63,970 nt of DNA from a virus. Its lineage: Duplodnaviria > Caudoviricetes. Positions 30,845 through 40,610 of this stretch are shown here, piece by piece (the first letter of the stretch is position 1; each line of letters begins with the position of its first letter). The stretch is from positions 1-63,970 of the IMG/VR virus record IMGVR_UViG_3300013108_000662. One strand, 5' to 3'. Position numbers and translations under genes: made by a program. The notes under the pieces are model-generated. The model was not told the DNA's origin. It worked only from the letters and a program-made list of their open reading frames with translations, and did not search any database.

Positions 30845-31822
30845 TTATTCTAGATCCTCTGACATCCATCGCTCGATCATCTCTTCCAACATGGATTCAA
30901 AGGTATATTCTGGTTTCCATCCGAGTACTTCTCGTGACTTGGAGGAATCACCCTTGAGATACTTCAATTCCTCAGGGCGCATATACTTGGGATTTTGTAC
31001 TACATAATCTTCGTAGTTCAGATCTAATTTTGTAAATACTATCTCACATAAATCGCGGACAGTATGAGTTTCGCCGGTGGCGACTATAAATTCTTCGGGT
31101 GTATCATGATTAATAATCATGTGCATAGCTCTTACATAGTCTTTAGAGTGTCCCCAGTCCCGGGAGGAGTCCATATTGCCTAATTCTAGCTTATCAACGA
31201 GGCCCTTCTTAATCTGTACTGCGGTTTTCACGACTTTGTTCGTCACAAAGTTAGTGCCGCGGCGCGGGGATTCGTGATTAAAGAGGATACCATTGCATGC
31301 GTGCAGCCCATAGGCGTGACGATAATGGCGTACTAGGTTATATCCCATCACCTTAGCACAGCCGTAGGGGCTCACAGGGGTCATCGGAGTAGTGAGGCGC
31401 TGGATTCCGTCGTCATCGACCGAATTTCCAAACATCTCAGATGAGCTAGCTTGATAGAATTTTGCGGTGGGGCAAATAGTTCTATAGACTTCAAGCATAT
31501 TTAAGACCCCCATGGCATTAGTCTGAATAGTGAATGAAGGCATATCAAAGCTTACTCTCACATGGCTCATAGCTCCGAGGTTATAGATTTCGTCGGGTTG
31601 TACCTCAGACATAATACGAACTAATGAAGGGTAGTCTAGCAGATCACCATAATGAGTATGCACATTTTCTAGGTGAGCTAATTTAGCAAGTCGGAAGTTT
31701 TGGTTTTCTGCGACCGAGTGCCGGCGGACAATACCATGCACCTCATACCCCTTGGAACTTAACAGTTCGGTTAGATAACTGCCGTCTTGTCCAGCAATTC
31801 CGGTTATCAGTGCTTTTTTCAT
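30845..31822 (-). CDS. gmd: GDP-mannose 4,6-dehydratase
   Basis: ALITGIAGQDGSYL, PDEIYNLGAMSHV, FYQASSSEMFG, SPYGCAK, GILFNHESPRRG, RDWGHSKDYV. Confidence 0.95.
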   Translation of the reverse strand: MKKALITGIAGQDGSYLTELLSSKGYEVHGIVRRHSVAENQNFRLAKLAHLENVHTHYGDLLDYPSLVRIMSEVQPDEIYNLGAMSHVRVSFDMPSFTIQTNAMGVLNMLEVYRTICPTAKFYQASSSEMFGNSVDDDGIQRLTTPMTPVSPYGCAKVMGYNLVRHYRHAYGLHACNGILFNHESPRRGTNFVTNKVVKTAVQIKKGLVDKLELGNMDSSRDWGHSKDYVRAMHMIINHDTPEEFIVATGETHTVRDLCEIVFTKLDLNYEDYVVQNPKYMRPEELKYLKGDSSKSREVLGWKPEYTFESMLEEMIERWMSEDLE

Positions 31823-32412
31823 TTTCTAAAAATCTCCATTTGTGTTAGATCAGGCCAATCGGTTACCACCCATTTCTTGGGAGGGGTGGCAATCGCAGCA
31901 GGTAATTTACTTAATCCTAGTTGTGCTGTTTCCGGGGTCATATAATAATGATAACCCATTGTGTCTATGTCCTGCTCTCTCCAAGGTATATTAGGTATTC
32001 TACCATCATATGACATCTTTTTTAACATTTTCGCATCTTTTGGGTTATCCGTTAGAATCATTCCGCCTCGACCGAGGCTCAGGTGCTTTCTAAACTGAAA
32101 ACTTAAGCACATGAACGTGTCCGGGATATATGAGCCTTGTTCCCAGAGGACCGCAGCATCGACTATGTTGGTTCCTCCTAGAAAATAATAATCTTCCCAA
32201 TCTTCATCTCTCCATTCAAATTCAATACCTAGCTTGGTGGCTAGAAATGGAACGGATATATAGGTTCTTTTTGGCACGGTATAATGTGTAACGCCTTGAT
32301 GGCGTAAGCACAACTCTAAACCATGAGTGCAGCAGTCTATTGCTACCGCATAGGGAGCGCCGAAGTAGTCGGCGACCTTAGTCTCTAGTTCTTCAATGGC
32401 TTCAAACGACAT
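31819..32412 (-). CDS. Miniaturised DegT/DnrJ/EryC1/StrS-family PLP-dependent protein (197 aa)
   Basis: ELETKVADYFGAPYAVA, IVDAA, LSFQFRKHLSLGRGGMILTD (PLP lysine), MGYHYYM. About half the usual length. Confidence 0.75.
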   Translation of the reverse strand: MSFEAIEELETKVADYFGAPYAVAIDCCTHGLELCLRHQGVTHYTVPKRTYISVPFLATKLGIEFEWRDEDWEDYYFLGGTNIVDAAVLWEQGSYIPDTFMCLSFQFRKHLSLGRGGMILTDNPKDAKMLKKMSYDGRIPNIPWREQDIDTMGYHYYMTPETAQLGLSKLPAAIATPPKKWVVTDWPDLTQMEIFRK

Positions 32413-32937
32413 TTATTCAGTCCTCGCGGTCAATAATTCATAGCGTCGGTGGGCTTCAGTGGCATCGATGATCTTGACAAGTTTTGCTGGATTTCCCTTA
32501 TAGACGCCCCAGGGTACAGTATCTCCCATTAATAGAGAGCCGGCGCCCAGAAGCACTCCTTCTCTCAAAATACTTCCAGGCAAAACAACAGCATTGGTCC
32601 CCACATTTGAGAATTTCTCTAGAACCACAGGGGCCATCACTTGCCTTCCTTTTAAATCATCCGGGATCATTGCACCAAATAGTCCGGAGCCATCGAAGCG
32701 ATCAGAGCCGCAAATGAGGCGGGCTCCAGCCATGATATTATTAACGCCGTGGATCTCCAGGGTTGTTGTCAAACCTCCAATGCTGGTTACATATGGAGAA
32801 ATATGAACATAGCTCCCTATTTGTAGCCTAGTTGTACAATAAAATCCCTTATCTATTGCATTATTGGATCCGATAGTATATGAATCGTCTTTAATATATA
32901 CGTCTTCATGGATAAAATTATTATTTTCGAATATCAT
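32413..32937 (-). CDS. Hexapeptide-repeat (LbH) O-acetyltransferase (174 aa)
   Basis: VGTNAVVLPGSILREGVLLGAGSL...WGVYKGNPAKLVK. Confidence 0.85.
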   Translation of the reverse strand: MIFENNNFIHEDVYIKDDSYTIGSNNAIDKGFYCTTRLQIGSYVHISPYVTSIGGLTTTLEIHGVNNIMAGARLICGSDRFDGSGLFGAMIPDDLKGRQVMAPVVLEKFSNVGTNAVVLPGSILREGVLLGAGSLLMGDTVPWGVYKGNPAKLVKIIDATEAHRRYELLTARTE

Positions 32938-33353
32938 ATAAAGATCTTATCTTTATCGATTCCAAGGTAGGGTCCCGACTTATATTCATATACGGTGGTA
33001 TTGTCTTCTAGTATTTCATAGGTATGTCCTCCGTAGAGAGTCACCGACATGTCGCCAGCTTCCAGCTCCCACTCGCCAAGCAGAGAATCATCAACATCGT
33101 AAAAAAAGCACTTAACCCTTCCTGCTGTCACCACCCAGGACTCCTGAGCTATGGTTTTGCCAGGGATCTCTTTCCATACATGCTTGTGAGGTCTAAAAGT
33201 TCTACCTTTGCTGAATCTCAGTGCGGAACACTGAAGATAGTGTTCTTCTGCTATGATGTCTTCACGAGACTCCTCTCCCGTAGGCGCCTCCGGTCGATAA
33301 ATAATATGCAGTAGCTTCCCGGGCTCTACTTTAGAAAATATTTCTTCTTTCAT
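32934..33353 (-). CDS. Cupin-fold protein (WbuC-like sugar isomerase/epimerase)
   Basis: FRPHKH...QESWVV..G...LEAGD...GGHTYEILE...EYKSGPY. Start at 33353 by ATGA overlap. Confidence 0.7.
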   Translation of the reverse strand: MKEEIFSKVEPGKLLHIIYRPEAPTGEESREDIIAEEHYLQCSALRFSKGRTFRPHKHVWKEIPGKTIAQESWVVTAGRVKCFFYDVDDSLLGEWELEAGDMSVTLYGGHTYEILEDNTTVYEYKSGPYLGIDKDKIFI

Positions 33354-34099
33354 CCTGCCTTCCAATCTTTCAGTGAGGTGAAAATATCGTATTCCTCGTC
33401 ATTAAGTCTCTGAAACTTATTCCAGCCAAAGTTTCGGCCACTCTTGCTTGCCAACATGTTATTGTGCTGCTTTGCGTTGTAGCCGCCCTTCACTACCGAA
33501 TTAATCCATGGAGCGATGGGCTTAGACTTGGGAACCAATAAGGTATGTCCATCATTCTTAGCTCGGGGAATATTATTAATCTCTAAAGCCCACATATTCG
33601 GTTGATCAAAATACTTGAGATAGTAATCCTTACGAATAAGACTCTGGGCTGCAGTATATCTATAATCCATATCTTGTGGAAAAATATTAAAATCGTCACT
33701 AAAGGGGCGTGATGACATATATTGATAGCGCGCTCCTAGGAATAATTCGATCTTCGATGCCTTGTTCTCACGGAGAAGAGTGGCGCCTTTACTCAGTAGG
33801 TCTTGATCAACCGTGTCTATTAGAAAGGCGTCCTCTAACATCAACACGAAAATATCAGTATCGAGGCTCTCAAGAATGGGGCGAAAGGGCTCTACGACTG
33901 ACTTTGGAGGGAAATCCTCTTGTTTTCCAGCCGAGATAAATTTAAAGTTGTCGGGCAATTTTGTCTCTGGTGGTTTAAAGCCCAGAATATTAACTTTCTG
34001 ATCTGGGGACCAATGTTTATTGAATAGATAAGCGAATTTGTCCAGTAACGAGACATATCTATCGGATGTAAAAACTATAACTTCCATTCTTTTCTCCAT
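33350..34099 (-). CDS. Putative GT-A-like glycosyltransferase (249 aa)
   Basis: VIVFTSDRY N-terminus and FVLMLEDAFL (DxD-like) motif. Glycan cluster context. Confidence 0.45.
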   Translation of the reverse strand: MEKRMEVIVFTSDRYVSLLDKFAYLFNKHWSPDQKVNILGFKPPETKLPDNFKFISAGKQEDFPPKSVVEPFRPILESLDTDIFVLMLEDAFLIDTVDQDLLSKGATLLRENKASKIELFLGARYQYMSSRPFSDDFNIFPQDMDYRYTAAQSLIRKDYYLKYFDQPNMWALEINNIPRAKNDGHTLLVPKSKPIAPWINSVVKGGYNAKQHNNMLASKSGRNFGWNKFQRLNDEEYDIFTSLKDWKAG

Positions 34100-34908
34100 T
34101 TATTAAACTCTGCGAACACATACTCGGGCGTAGGGTGCCATGATTTTTCAGACAAAAACAGAACTGGTGTTGCATGGGGGTTCCATGTATTAATATATCT
34201 ATCCCTGTTGCCTTCTTTCGACCACACCACATGGGGGGCCCCGCATAAACTGGCAAGATGCATCGGTCCGGAGGAAGGTCCAAAAACACAGTCGCTATTG
34301 CGAATCACATCAAAAACAGTCGCCAAATCCCCATCACGTAAATCTGTGGTGTCCTCAATATACGCGGACTCAGCTGATGTTCCTATGCAGGCTATGGTGG
34401 ATCCATCATTTTGTAGCTTATCCCGAAGGTGTTTCCAGTTCGTCAGACTCCAATTATCTTCCTTGCGCAGATCTCGGTCGCGAATGTGGAAAATATAGTC
34501 ATAGGATTTATCTCCTATATCTCCAAATTTGAGATAGTGAGGTATTATGTGCCTTTCCCCAAATACTTCGGACTGTGTGCAGGGCGTAAAAGGAGGCATC
34601 CCCAGGCGCCTGGGAGGAATAAGAGTGGTACCTGGCTTGAAGAGTTGAGTATGAGATTGTAGCACCTCCTTCAAGACGCGGTTTGTATCTACTCCATGCA
34701 TAAAGAAAGAATCCGCTAGCCCACTGAGTTGTGGCAGAGATATGAACTCATCAGCAAAGTCCGCATATAAAGCCTGCGAGCTAGAGCGACATATAACAAC
34801 AGTATTATCGTAATGCTGGGAAAGAGAGCGCATATACGCCTGCCACGCAAATAGTTCCCAACCAAATTCCCCAACCCAAGGTCCGACGATTAGCTGCTTT
34901 ATACTCAT
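34075..34908 (-). CDS. Glycosyltransferase family 9-like (heptosyltransferase-like) protein (277 aa)
   Basis: DNWSLTNWKHL, DLRDGDLATVFDVIRNSDCVFGPSSGPMHLASLCGAPHVVW are GT9 C-terminal motifs. Confidence 0.7.
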   Translation of the reverse strand: MSIKQLIVGPWVGEFGWELFAWQAYMRSLSQHYDNTVVICRSSSQALYADFADEFISLPQLSGLADSFFMHGVDTNRVLKEVLQSHTQLFKPGTTLIPPRRLGMPPFTPCTQSEVFGERHIIPHYLKFGDIGDKSYDYIFHIRDRDLRKEDNWSLTNWKHLRDKLQNDGSTIACIGTSAESAYIEDTTDLRDGDLATVFDVIRNSDCVFGPSSGPMHLASLCGAPHVVWSKEGNRDRYINTWNPHATPVLFLSEKSWHPTPEYVFAEFNKWRKEWKL

Positions 34909-34911
34909 TGC

Positions 34912-36021
34912 TTACTGCTTCTGAGATAAATATCTCTTTAGCTCATCGCAAACCTTTACGATTTGTTCTTGCGTAAGCTCTGCATACATCGGCAGACTCA
35001 GACAGTGGCTAGCATTATATTCGGCATTCGGAAACTGGCCGCGGGAACCATATGAGTCTGCCAACACCTCTTGCAAATGGAGGGGGGTAGGGTAATGTAG
35101 CCCTGTGGCTACTCCATTTTCTTTTAAAAATGCCTGGGCATCTTTAGGATCTGCGAGATGTACAACAAATAGGTGCCATACGGGATTCGCCCACTCTTCT
35201 ACTACGGGCAGTGTCAGTCCGGGGACATCAGAAAGATGCTCTAAGTAGGTGGCCGCATTATCGCAGCGCTGTTTGGTCCAGTCTGCGATATAATCTAGTT
35301 TAATGGCTAGTCCAGCAGCCAGGACCGATGAGAGACGCGAGTTATTGCCTAAAACATTATGTACATATTTTTCGCTAGAGCCATGGTTTCGGACTTGTTG
35401 TATAATATTAGCTAATTCTGTGCTATTTGTTGTAATGGCACCACCTTCGCCGGTTGCTCCCAAGTTCTTTCCGGGATAGAATGAGAATGCTGCAGCATCT
35501 CCCAATGATCCACAAGGAGAACCCTTATATGTTGCAAGATGAGCTTGTGCGCTATCCTCTAGTACCCAGAGGCTTCGTTCATGAGCTATTTCCTTGAGCG
35601 CGTCCATATCACACGGCTGTCCATACAAATGTACCCCGATAATACCCGCTGTACGGTCAGTGATCGCTGCGCGGACACTTTCGGGATCTATGTTCCAGGT
35701 GCCCCACTTGCAATCAACTAGCACCGGGATAGCACCCACTAACATGACCGCTTCAGCAGTGGCCACAAAAGTATTGGCAGGTAGGATTACCTCATCCCCG
35801 GGTTCCACGCCAAGTCCTCGTAGGGCAACCTCTAAGGCGTCTGTACCACTGGAGACTGCGATGCATTCTGTGGTGTTACATAGATCTGCAAACCCAGTCT
35901 CCAGGCGATCAACCCAGGGTCCTCCAACGAAGCCTGTGCAATCTATAATTTCTTCCCATGCGGTGAGCAATCTTTCTTTAATCTGCTTATGCTGGGGCTT
36001 TAAGTCTACAAATGGAATCAT
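34912..36021 (-). CDS. DegT/DnrJ/EryC1/StrS nucleotide-sugar aminotransferase (WbpE/FdtB-like, 369 aa)
   Basis: IPFVDLK, SSGTDAL, VHLYGQP, EDSAQAH, SFYPGKNLGATGEGG, HYPTPLHLQ. Confidence 0.92.
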   Translation of the reverse strand: MIPFVDLKPQHKQIKERLLTAWEEIIDCTGFVGGPWVDRLETGFADLCNTTECIAVSSGTDALEVALRGLGVEPGDEVILPANTFVATAEAVMLVGAIPVLVDCKWGTWNIDPESVRAAITDRTAGIIGVHLYGQPCDMDALKEIAHERSLWVLEDSAQAHLATYKGSPCGSLGDAAAFSFYPGKNLGATGEGGAITTNSTELANIIQQVRNHGSSEKYVHNVLGNNSRLSSVLAAGLAIKLDYIADWTKQRCDNAATYLEHLSDVPGLTLPVVEEWANPVWHLFVVHLADPKDAQAFLKENGVATGLHYPTPLHLQEVLADSYGSRGQFPNAEYNASHCLSLPMYAELTQEQIVKVCDELKRYLSQKQ

Positions 36022-36500
36022 GATTCTCTCCTATGTATGATTCGAGCAGGATTGCCTACTACGGTTGTGTTGGGTGCCACATCTCTAGTGACTACAGCAC
36101 CGGCGCCAATTACAGCTCCGTCGCCGATAGTGACTCCGCACATAATTGTGGCACCTGTTCCTATACTTACTCTGGTGCCAACTGTGGTCTTCTCCAGAGT
36201 CCAATCCTCATCTGAGGCTAACTGCCCTTCTGTATTAGTGGAGGCAGGAAATCTGTCATTTATGAACATTACTCCATGTCCCACAAAACAGCCATCTCCG
36301 ATTGTGACACCCTCACAAATAAAGGTATGGCTAGATATTTTACACAGCTTTCCTATAACAGCATTTTTTTGTATTTCAACAAAAGTTCCAATTTTAGACT
36401 CATCGCCGATTGTACAACCATACAGGTTAGTGTAATGATACACCGACACACCTGCTCCTAGAGAGACAGAATCACTGACTAGAGCTGTGGGAGCTATCAT
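36018..36500 (-). CDS. Nucleotide-sugar N-acetyltransferase (WbpD/FdtC-like LbH)
   Basis: NLYGCTIGDESKIGTFVEIQKNAVIG..CKISSHTFICEGVTI..VGHGVMFIND..GAGAVVTRDV..VGNPAR. Start at 36500 by ATGA overlap. Confidence 0.9.
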   Translation of the reverse strand: MIAPTALVSDSVSLGAGVSVYHYTNLYGCTIGDESKIGTFVEIQKNAVIGKLCKISSHTFICEGVTIGDGCFVGHGVMFINDRFPASTNTEGQLASDEDWTLEKTTVGTRVSIGTGATIMCGVTIGDGAVIGAGAVVTRDVAPNTTVVGNPARIIHRRES

Positions 36501-37501
36501 CTGGAAATCTCCATAGTCTCTGCTGTGTCTAGGCACTGATCTGCAAGTTCTAGAATTTGAACTATTTGAGCGGCTGTGGTGCCAGGAGCGACTGGCTCTT
36601 CTCCTGTCATAACACAGCGAGCAAAATCGTTTGCTACTTCTAGTAGCGGCTCCGTCATATCGATGGCCGGGGCGGTGGTTCCCTCATCCGTATAGATAAA
36701 TGTATCATTATCCTTTTTCATGTTCTTATGGCATATTTTAACTTTATCAGTAGGACTTAGATCATCCCAAAGAAGCATTTTTTCGGTGCCAATAATACTA
36801 AACTGCCGCGTCTTTGTTGGGGCGAGCCAACTATTATGAATAGAAATATTAATGTTATTCTCTAATTGAACATGAAGGTGGGCATCGGCAGCAAAAGGAG
36901 AATCTGGGTGTTTTGCACCCGAAGCCCTTACAGAGACGGGAACGTAGGTGTCACCTAAGACATATTCACAAATGGATAAATCATGGGGGGCGAGATCCCA
37001 CAGCACATTCACATCCTTCTGGAACAGTCCCAAATTTGTGCGTGTGGAATTAATCGCTAGAATATCCCCCAAGATGCCACTCTCCACCACCGTCCGAATG
37101 CTACGGACCGGTCCGGAGTAACAGAAAGTGTGATCGCACATAAGAGTAAGATTATTAGTGCTAGCTACTGTGACCAGCTCTGTAGCTTGCTCATAGTTTA
37201 AAGCTATCGGTTTCTCGATCAATACATGCTTCCCTTGTTCTAGAGCTGCTAGCGCCAGTTGATAATGGGTACGTACGGGGGTTGCGATTGCGACAGCGTC
37301 AATCTCGGCACTATTAAGCATAGTGTTAATATCAGAATAAATTTCTATATTCTCATAGTCTTCAATACGCGATTGAGCTAATTCAGTATTAGCATCACAA
37401 ACAGCGGTCACTTTTGTGAGTGAGCAGTTAACAAAGTTGCGAAGGAGATTCTTCCCCCAATAGCCGGTTCCGACGAGTCCTATTTTAACACGTTCATTCA
37501 T
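36497..37501 (-). CDS. Gfo/Idh/MocA-family oxidoreductase (WbpB-like sugar 3-dehydrogenase, 334 aa)
   Basis: IGLVGTGYWGKNLLRNF, IATPVRTH, KHVLIEKP, NVLWDLAPHD. Confidence 0.9.
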   Translation of the reverse strand: MNERVKIGLVGTGYWGKNLLRNFVNCSLTKVTAVCDANTELAQSRIEDYENIEIYSDINTMLNSAEIDAVAIATPVRTHYQLALAALEQGKHVLIEKPIALNYEQATELVTVASTNNLTLMCDHTFCYSGPVRSIRTVVESGILGDILAINSTRTNLGLFQKDVNVLWDLAPHDLSICEYVLGDTYVPVSVRASGAKHPDSPFAADAHLHVQLENNINISIHNSWLAPTKTRQFSIIGTEKMLLWDDLSPTDKVKICHKNMKKDNDTFIYTDEGTTAPAIDMTEPLLEVANDFARCVMTGEEPVAPGTTAAQIVQILELADQCLDTAETMEISR

Positions 37502-38385
37502 GAGTTGGATACTTTCTCTTTATAAATTTCTAGGATTTTAGTTGCCCAAGCATCTTTTGACATACCTTGAACTTTGTGATATCCTTGTTCTCTTATTTTA
37601 TTCCTCTTTTCGGGGTTTTTTAAGTAATAAGCTATCTTTTCATTGAGATCGCGCGCGTCGGTATAAATCACCAAGTCCTCCCCATCCACAAATAACTCCT
37701 CGCGGCCTTGCCAATCTGTACTAAGAAGAAGCCCCTTAGCTCCCAATACTTTATAAACCCTGTCGGATGCACCTCCGGTCGTCGCAAGATTTAAATTTAT
37801 CTTTGACCTAGAAACAACGCGGGCATGATCGGCGGCATATGCGTTAGACACATGGGTCACAGGGTGTTCGATGGTTGCTAGCCACTTCTGTCTTTCTGAG
37901 TGGAGTGATCCTATAAAGCTGACATCTAGATCTTGCTCCAGGTCATATGGTTTATGGAACAACGGATCGTATCCTTCGAGGACATACTCTACACAAGGAT
38001 TAGCTTGTCTAAACACCTCCACCGTATTCGCGACGCCTGTACAAACATAACTACTAAATCTGGCTTTTTCGAGAATTCCGGGAGTCTGGTTTAATGTACT
38101 AAGGGGGTCCATCCACCACAAGCACGTGGTAGTCATGGCGGTACATTCCCAAAAGACGCGAGGATCTAGCTCTGCGCATTTCGAGAAAACCACCAGATCT
38201 GGCTGGCGCTGCCGGCATGTCTCTATAATGAGCTGATCCAGTGCTGTCGGACCGATATCCATGCGTTTTTGTCGAAAATTAATTCCTATAACCTCGGCGC
38301 CCGTCTTAAGGAAGCCGCGGAGTTGGGCATTATTTGTAGAGCGATTGGCGCTATCAAATACTCCAATAAATAAAATCTTAACCAT
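37498..38385 (-). CDS. CgeB-like GT-B glycosyltransferase (295 aa)
   Basis: DVSFIGS, SRSKINLN, RVYKVLGAKGLLLS, LFVDGEDLVIY, KIAYYLKNPEKRNKIREQG. Confidence 0.8.
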   Translation of the reverse strand: MVKILFIGVFDSANRSTNNAQLRGFLKTGAEVIGINFRQKRMDIGPTALDQLIIETCRQRQPDLVVFSKCAELDPRVFWECTAMTTTCLWWMDPLSTLNQTPGILEKARFSSYVCTGVANTVEVFRQANPCVEYVLEGYDPLFHKPYDLEQDLDVSFIGSLHSERQKWLATIEHPVTHVSNAYAADHARVVSRSKINLNLATTGGASDRVYKVLGAKGLLLSTDWQGREELFVDGEDLVIYTDARDLNEKIAYYLKNPEKRNKIREQGYHKVQGMSKDAWATKILEIYKEKVSNS

Positions 38386-38989
38386 AAGGTTGTCTCTTAT
38401 CTACCACCACCATTAAACACCACTGGTTCATCTGTACATCCCGCGGTTTAGAGCGGATCTTAGTGATACTAGTAGAATAGGGCTTTGACATTGTAATAAA
38501 TTCAGCTGCGGGTGTATATCCCTCTTTGCCCGGGCGGAGGGACCAATAATTGCAGTGACCTTGTGGTGGGGGTCCGGGCATATCAAAGGATCGTTCATAT
38601 GGAACTGTAACTATTAACCTTTCTGTTGCTAAACTTAGAAGCTTTGCGTAAAAATCTTTATAGTTGGGTAGATGTTCGATAACTTCGGAACACATCACCA
38701 CTTCATAGCTATCTTCAAGCTTATCTGTTACCATGAAATCATCTTCTATAAAATTAACTCCGGCGGGGTGTGTCCAACTGGTGCGTGCTTCGATGTCTAT
38801 TGCGGTGACTGAAAGTCCCATGTTATGTAAAGTTCGAGGTACGGAGCCATGACCGCACCCAACATCTAGGATCTGGGGAGGATCCCCAAAAACCGGAAGT
38901 GCATCAATAATGCTCCTGTGTCGTATATCAAAGGGGATCTGAATGTCTCCTGCTGCGATGTGATGCAAACTATCTTTTGTATTACTCAT
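38378..38989 (-). CDS. Class I SAM-dependent methyltransferase (203 aa)
   Basis: ILDVGCGHG motif I, YEVVMCSEVIEHL, LIVTVP. Confidence 0.88.
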   Translation of the reverse strand: MSNTKDSLHHIAAGDIQIPFDIRHRSIIDALPVFGDPPQILDVGCGHGSVPRTLHNMGLSVTAIDIEARTSWTHPAGVNFIEDDFMVTDKLEDSYEVVMCSEVIEHLPNYKDFYAKLLSLATERLIVTVPYERSFDMPGPPPQGHCNYWSLRPGKEGYTPAAEFITMSKPYSTSITKIRSKPRDVQMNQWCLMVVVDKRQPYG

Positions 38990-39007
38990 TTTTTATACCT
39001 TGTGTGT

Positions 39008-39766
39008 TTATAATGAAAAGACCACATTTTCCACAACTTCATGAAGTGGTCGTACGCGATCATAGATTCCTTTTCCTCGTCCGAAATATACTAAGTCTAT
39101 CTCTTTATCCATGGCATGGCACGCGTGATAAAACACTGAGTCAGGAATACAGACCGCGGACGCGCGGCGGAGGATCTCAAATTGAACATTTATATTGTAA
39201 TCAAGGTGTCCTATCTCTTTTCCGATCTCTATCACTTTTTCTAGTCCTCGGTTCTTTTTAAGCCACTGGCGCCCATAATCTGCTGGTAAGTCTTTGGATG
39301 GTACTCCAGTTGATGTCTGCACAAAGCCGAAGGGGTCACTTCCCACCTTGTCTTCTATAATTCTTTCAGCGGTCGTAGTGTCCTCAGGCGTAGTATGCAA
39401 TTCGGTTTTAGGATCCTGGTAAGGATCGATTCCCAAATACTTAAAATTAAGAAGTATTTTGCTTATGGGGTCTGTATGCATGGGCATAACAACTCCGCGG
39501 AGACCTTTATCGCGGGCGGCCGCCTTCCAGTCGTTATAGACGGCATTAAAACCCACCTGCGAGTTGGGGTAATCTAACCAAGCATCTTTGGTATAATAGA
39601 CCTCATCGACATAGGGATTATGGTCGAAGAACTGCGCAGATCGGAATCTCTCTAGAGTCGCAACATTAAGCTTCTGTCCATGTTTATTGTAGTATTCTCT
39701 TAGCGCTGGCGTTAAGAGAACACAATCCCCAAGCCCATGAGGATAGATGACTAAGATATCTTTCAT
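39008..39766 (-). CDS. Glycosyltransferase family 9-like (heptosyltransferase-like) protein
   Basis: KDILVIYPHGLGDCVLLTPALRE and FDHNPYVDEV match GT9 N-termini. IPDSVFYHACHA at the C-terminus. Start set at MKDILV. Confidence 0.7.
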   Translation of the reverse strand: MKDILVIYPHGLGDCVLLTPALREYYNKHGQKLNVATLERFRSAQFFDHNPYVDEVYYTKDAWLDYPNSQVGFNAVYNDWKAAARDKGLRGVVMPMHTDPISKILLNFKYLGIDPYQDPKTELHTTPEDTTTAERIIEDKVGSDPFGFVQTSTGVPSKDLPADYGRQWLKKNRGLEKVIEIGKEIGHLDYNINVQFEILRRASAVCIPDSVFYHACHAMDKEIDLVYFGRGKGIYDRVRPLHEVVENVVFSL

Positions 39767-39770
39767 ATTT

Positions 39771-40610
39771 TTAATCCCACCGTAATAACCAATCATTTTG
39801 CGTGTGGATTGGGGTCATAATCAGGCCGCTCGGAAGAATAGAAGTTAGCTTCTTTATTTCTTGGGGTCTCTTTTTTGCATTATTCATTTCTATCAGAAGT
39901 GCAGGCTTATAGCGTTTAATGGTCTCAAGACCTCCGGCAATAACTTCCAGATCGGCACCTTCGCAATCTATTTTAATCAGGTCGACCTTTTCTAGTTTTA
40001 ACGAATCTATAGAAATAGAGGGCACCTTATAAACTAGATCAATTAAAACTTCTTGTCCGGACAGGCTCTGGGAGCCGCGGGCTGCCTCTTCCGGTCGAAC
40101 ATATCCATACTGTCCCGTTATAAGTCCAGTTTTTATGTTATGAACCGGGAAGGATATCTTTTCCTCCGTAGTGTCGGCTAGGCACACGCGGTTGAGCACG
40201 GTGTTTGTGACGTTTTCCGGGGAATTGCTCTCTATGTTATATTTGGCGCAAACATAGTTTTGAGGTGATGCCTCCACAGAGATTATTTCCCCTCCCCCCT
40301 TCCGGGACAGATATCTTCCAAACATCATTGACATAGTTCCCATATGAGCGCCAATGTCCAATATAACCGATCCTTTTTTAATGTAAGGGAGGCTGGCTTT
40401 TATTATGTGTGAAGACAAGAGCTTTCCTTCGGCTAAATTCCCCACATCTCCGTGGATCCCCTTCAGAGATCCCCCCAGATAGTCGGGCACGTATTGTTGA
40501 GGCAACAATAGGGTGCCAAATTCATTCAAGACCTTTACGTATTCCGTAATCACGACTTCTTCGAAGCCTGTGGAGTGTCTATAAGCCATAGATTCTACTT
40601 TGGTTTTCAT
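39771..40610 (-). CDS. FkbM-family methyltransferase
   Basis: VILDIGAHMG, SVEASPQN, VDLIKIDCEGADLEVIAGG..TIKRYKPALLIE. Start at 40610 by ATGA overlap. Confidence 0.88.
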   Translation of the reverse strand: MKTKVESMAYRHSTGFEEVVITEYVKVLNEFGTLLLPQQYVPDYLGGSLKGIHGDVGNLAEGKLLSSHIIKASLPYIKKGSVILDIGAHMGTMSMMFGRYLSRKGGGEIISVEASPQNYVCAKYNIESNSPENVTNTVLNRVCLADTTEEKISFPVHNIKTGLITGQYGYVRPEEAARGSQSLSGQEVLIDLVYKVPSISIDSLKLEKVDLIKIDCEGADLEVIAGGLETIKRYKPALLIEMNNAKKRPQEIKKLTSILPSGLIMTPIHTQNDWLLRWD

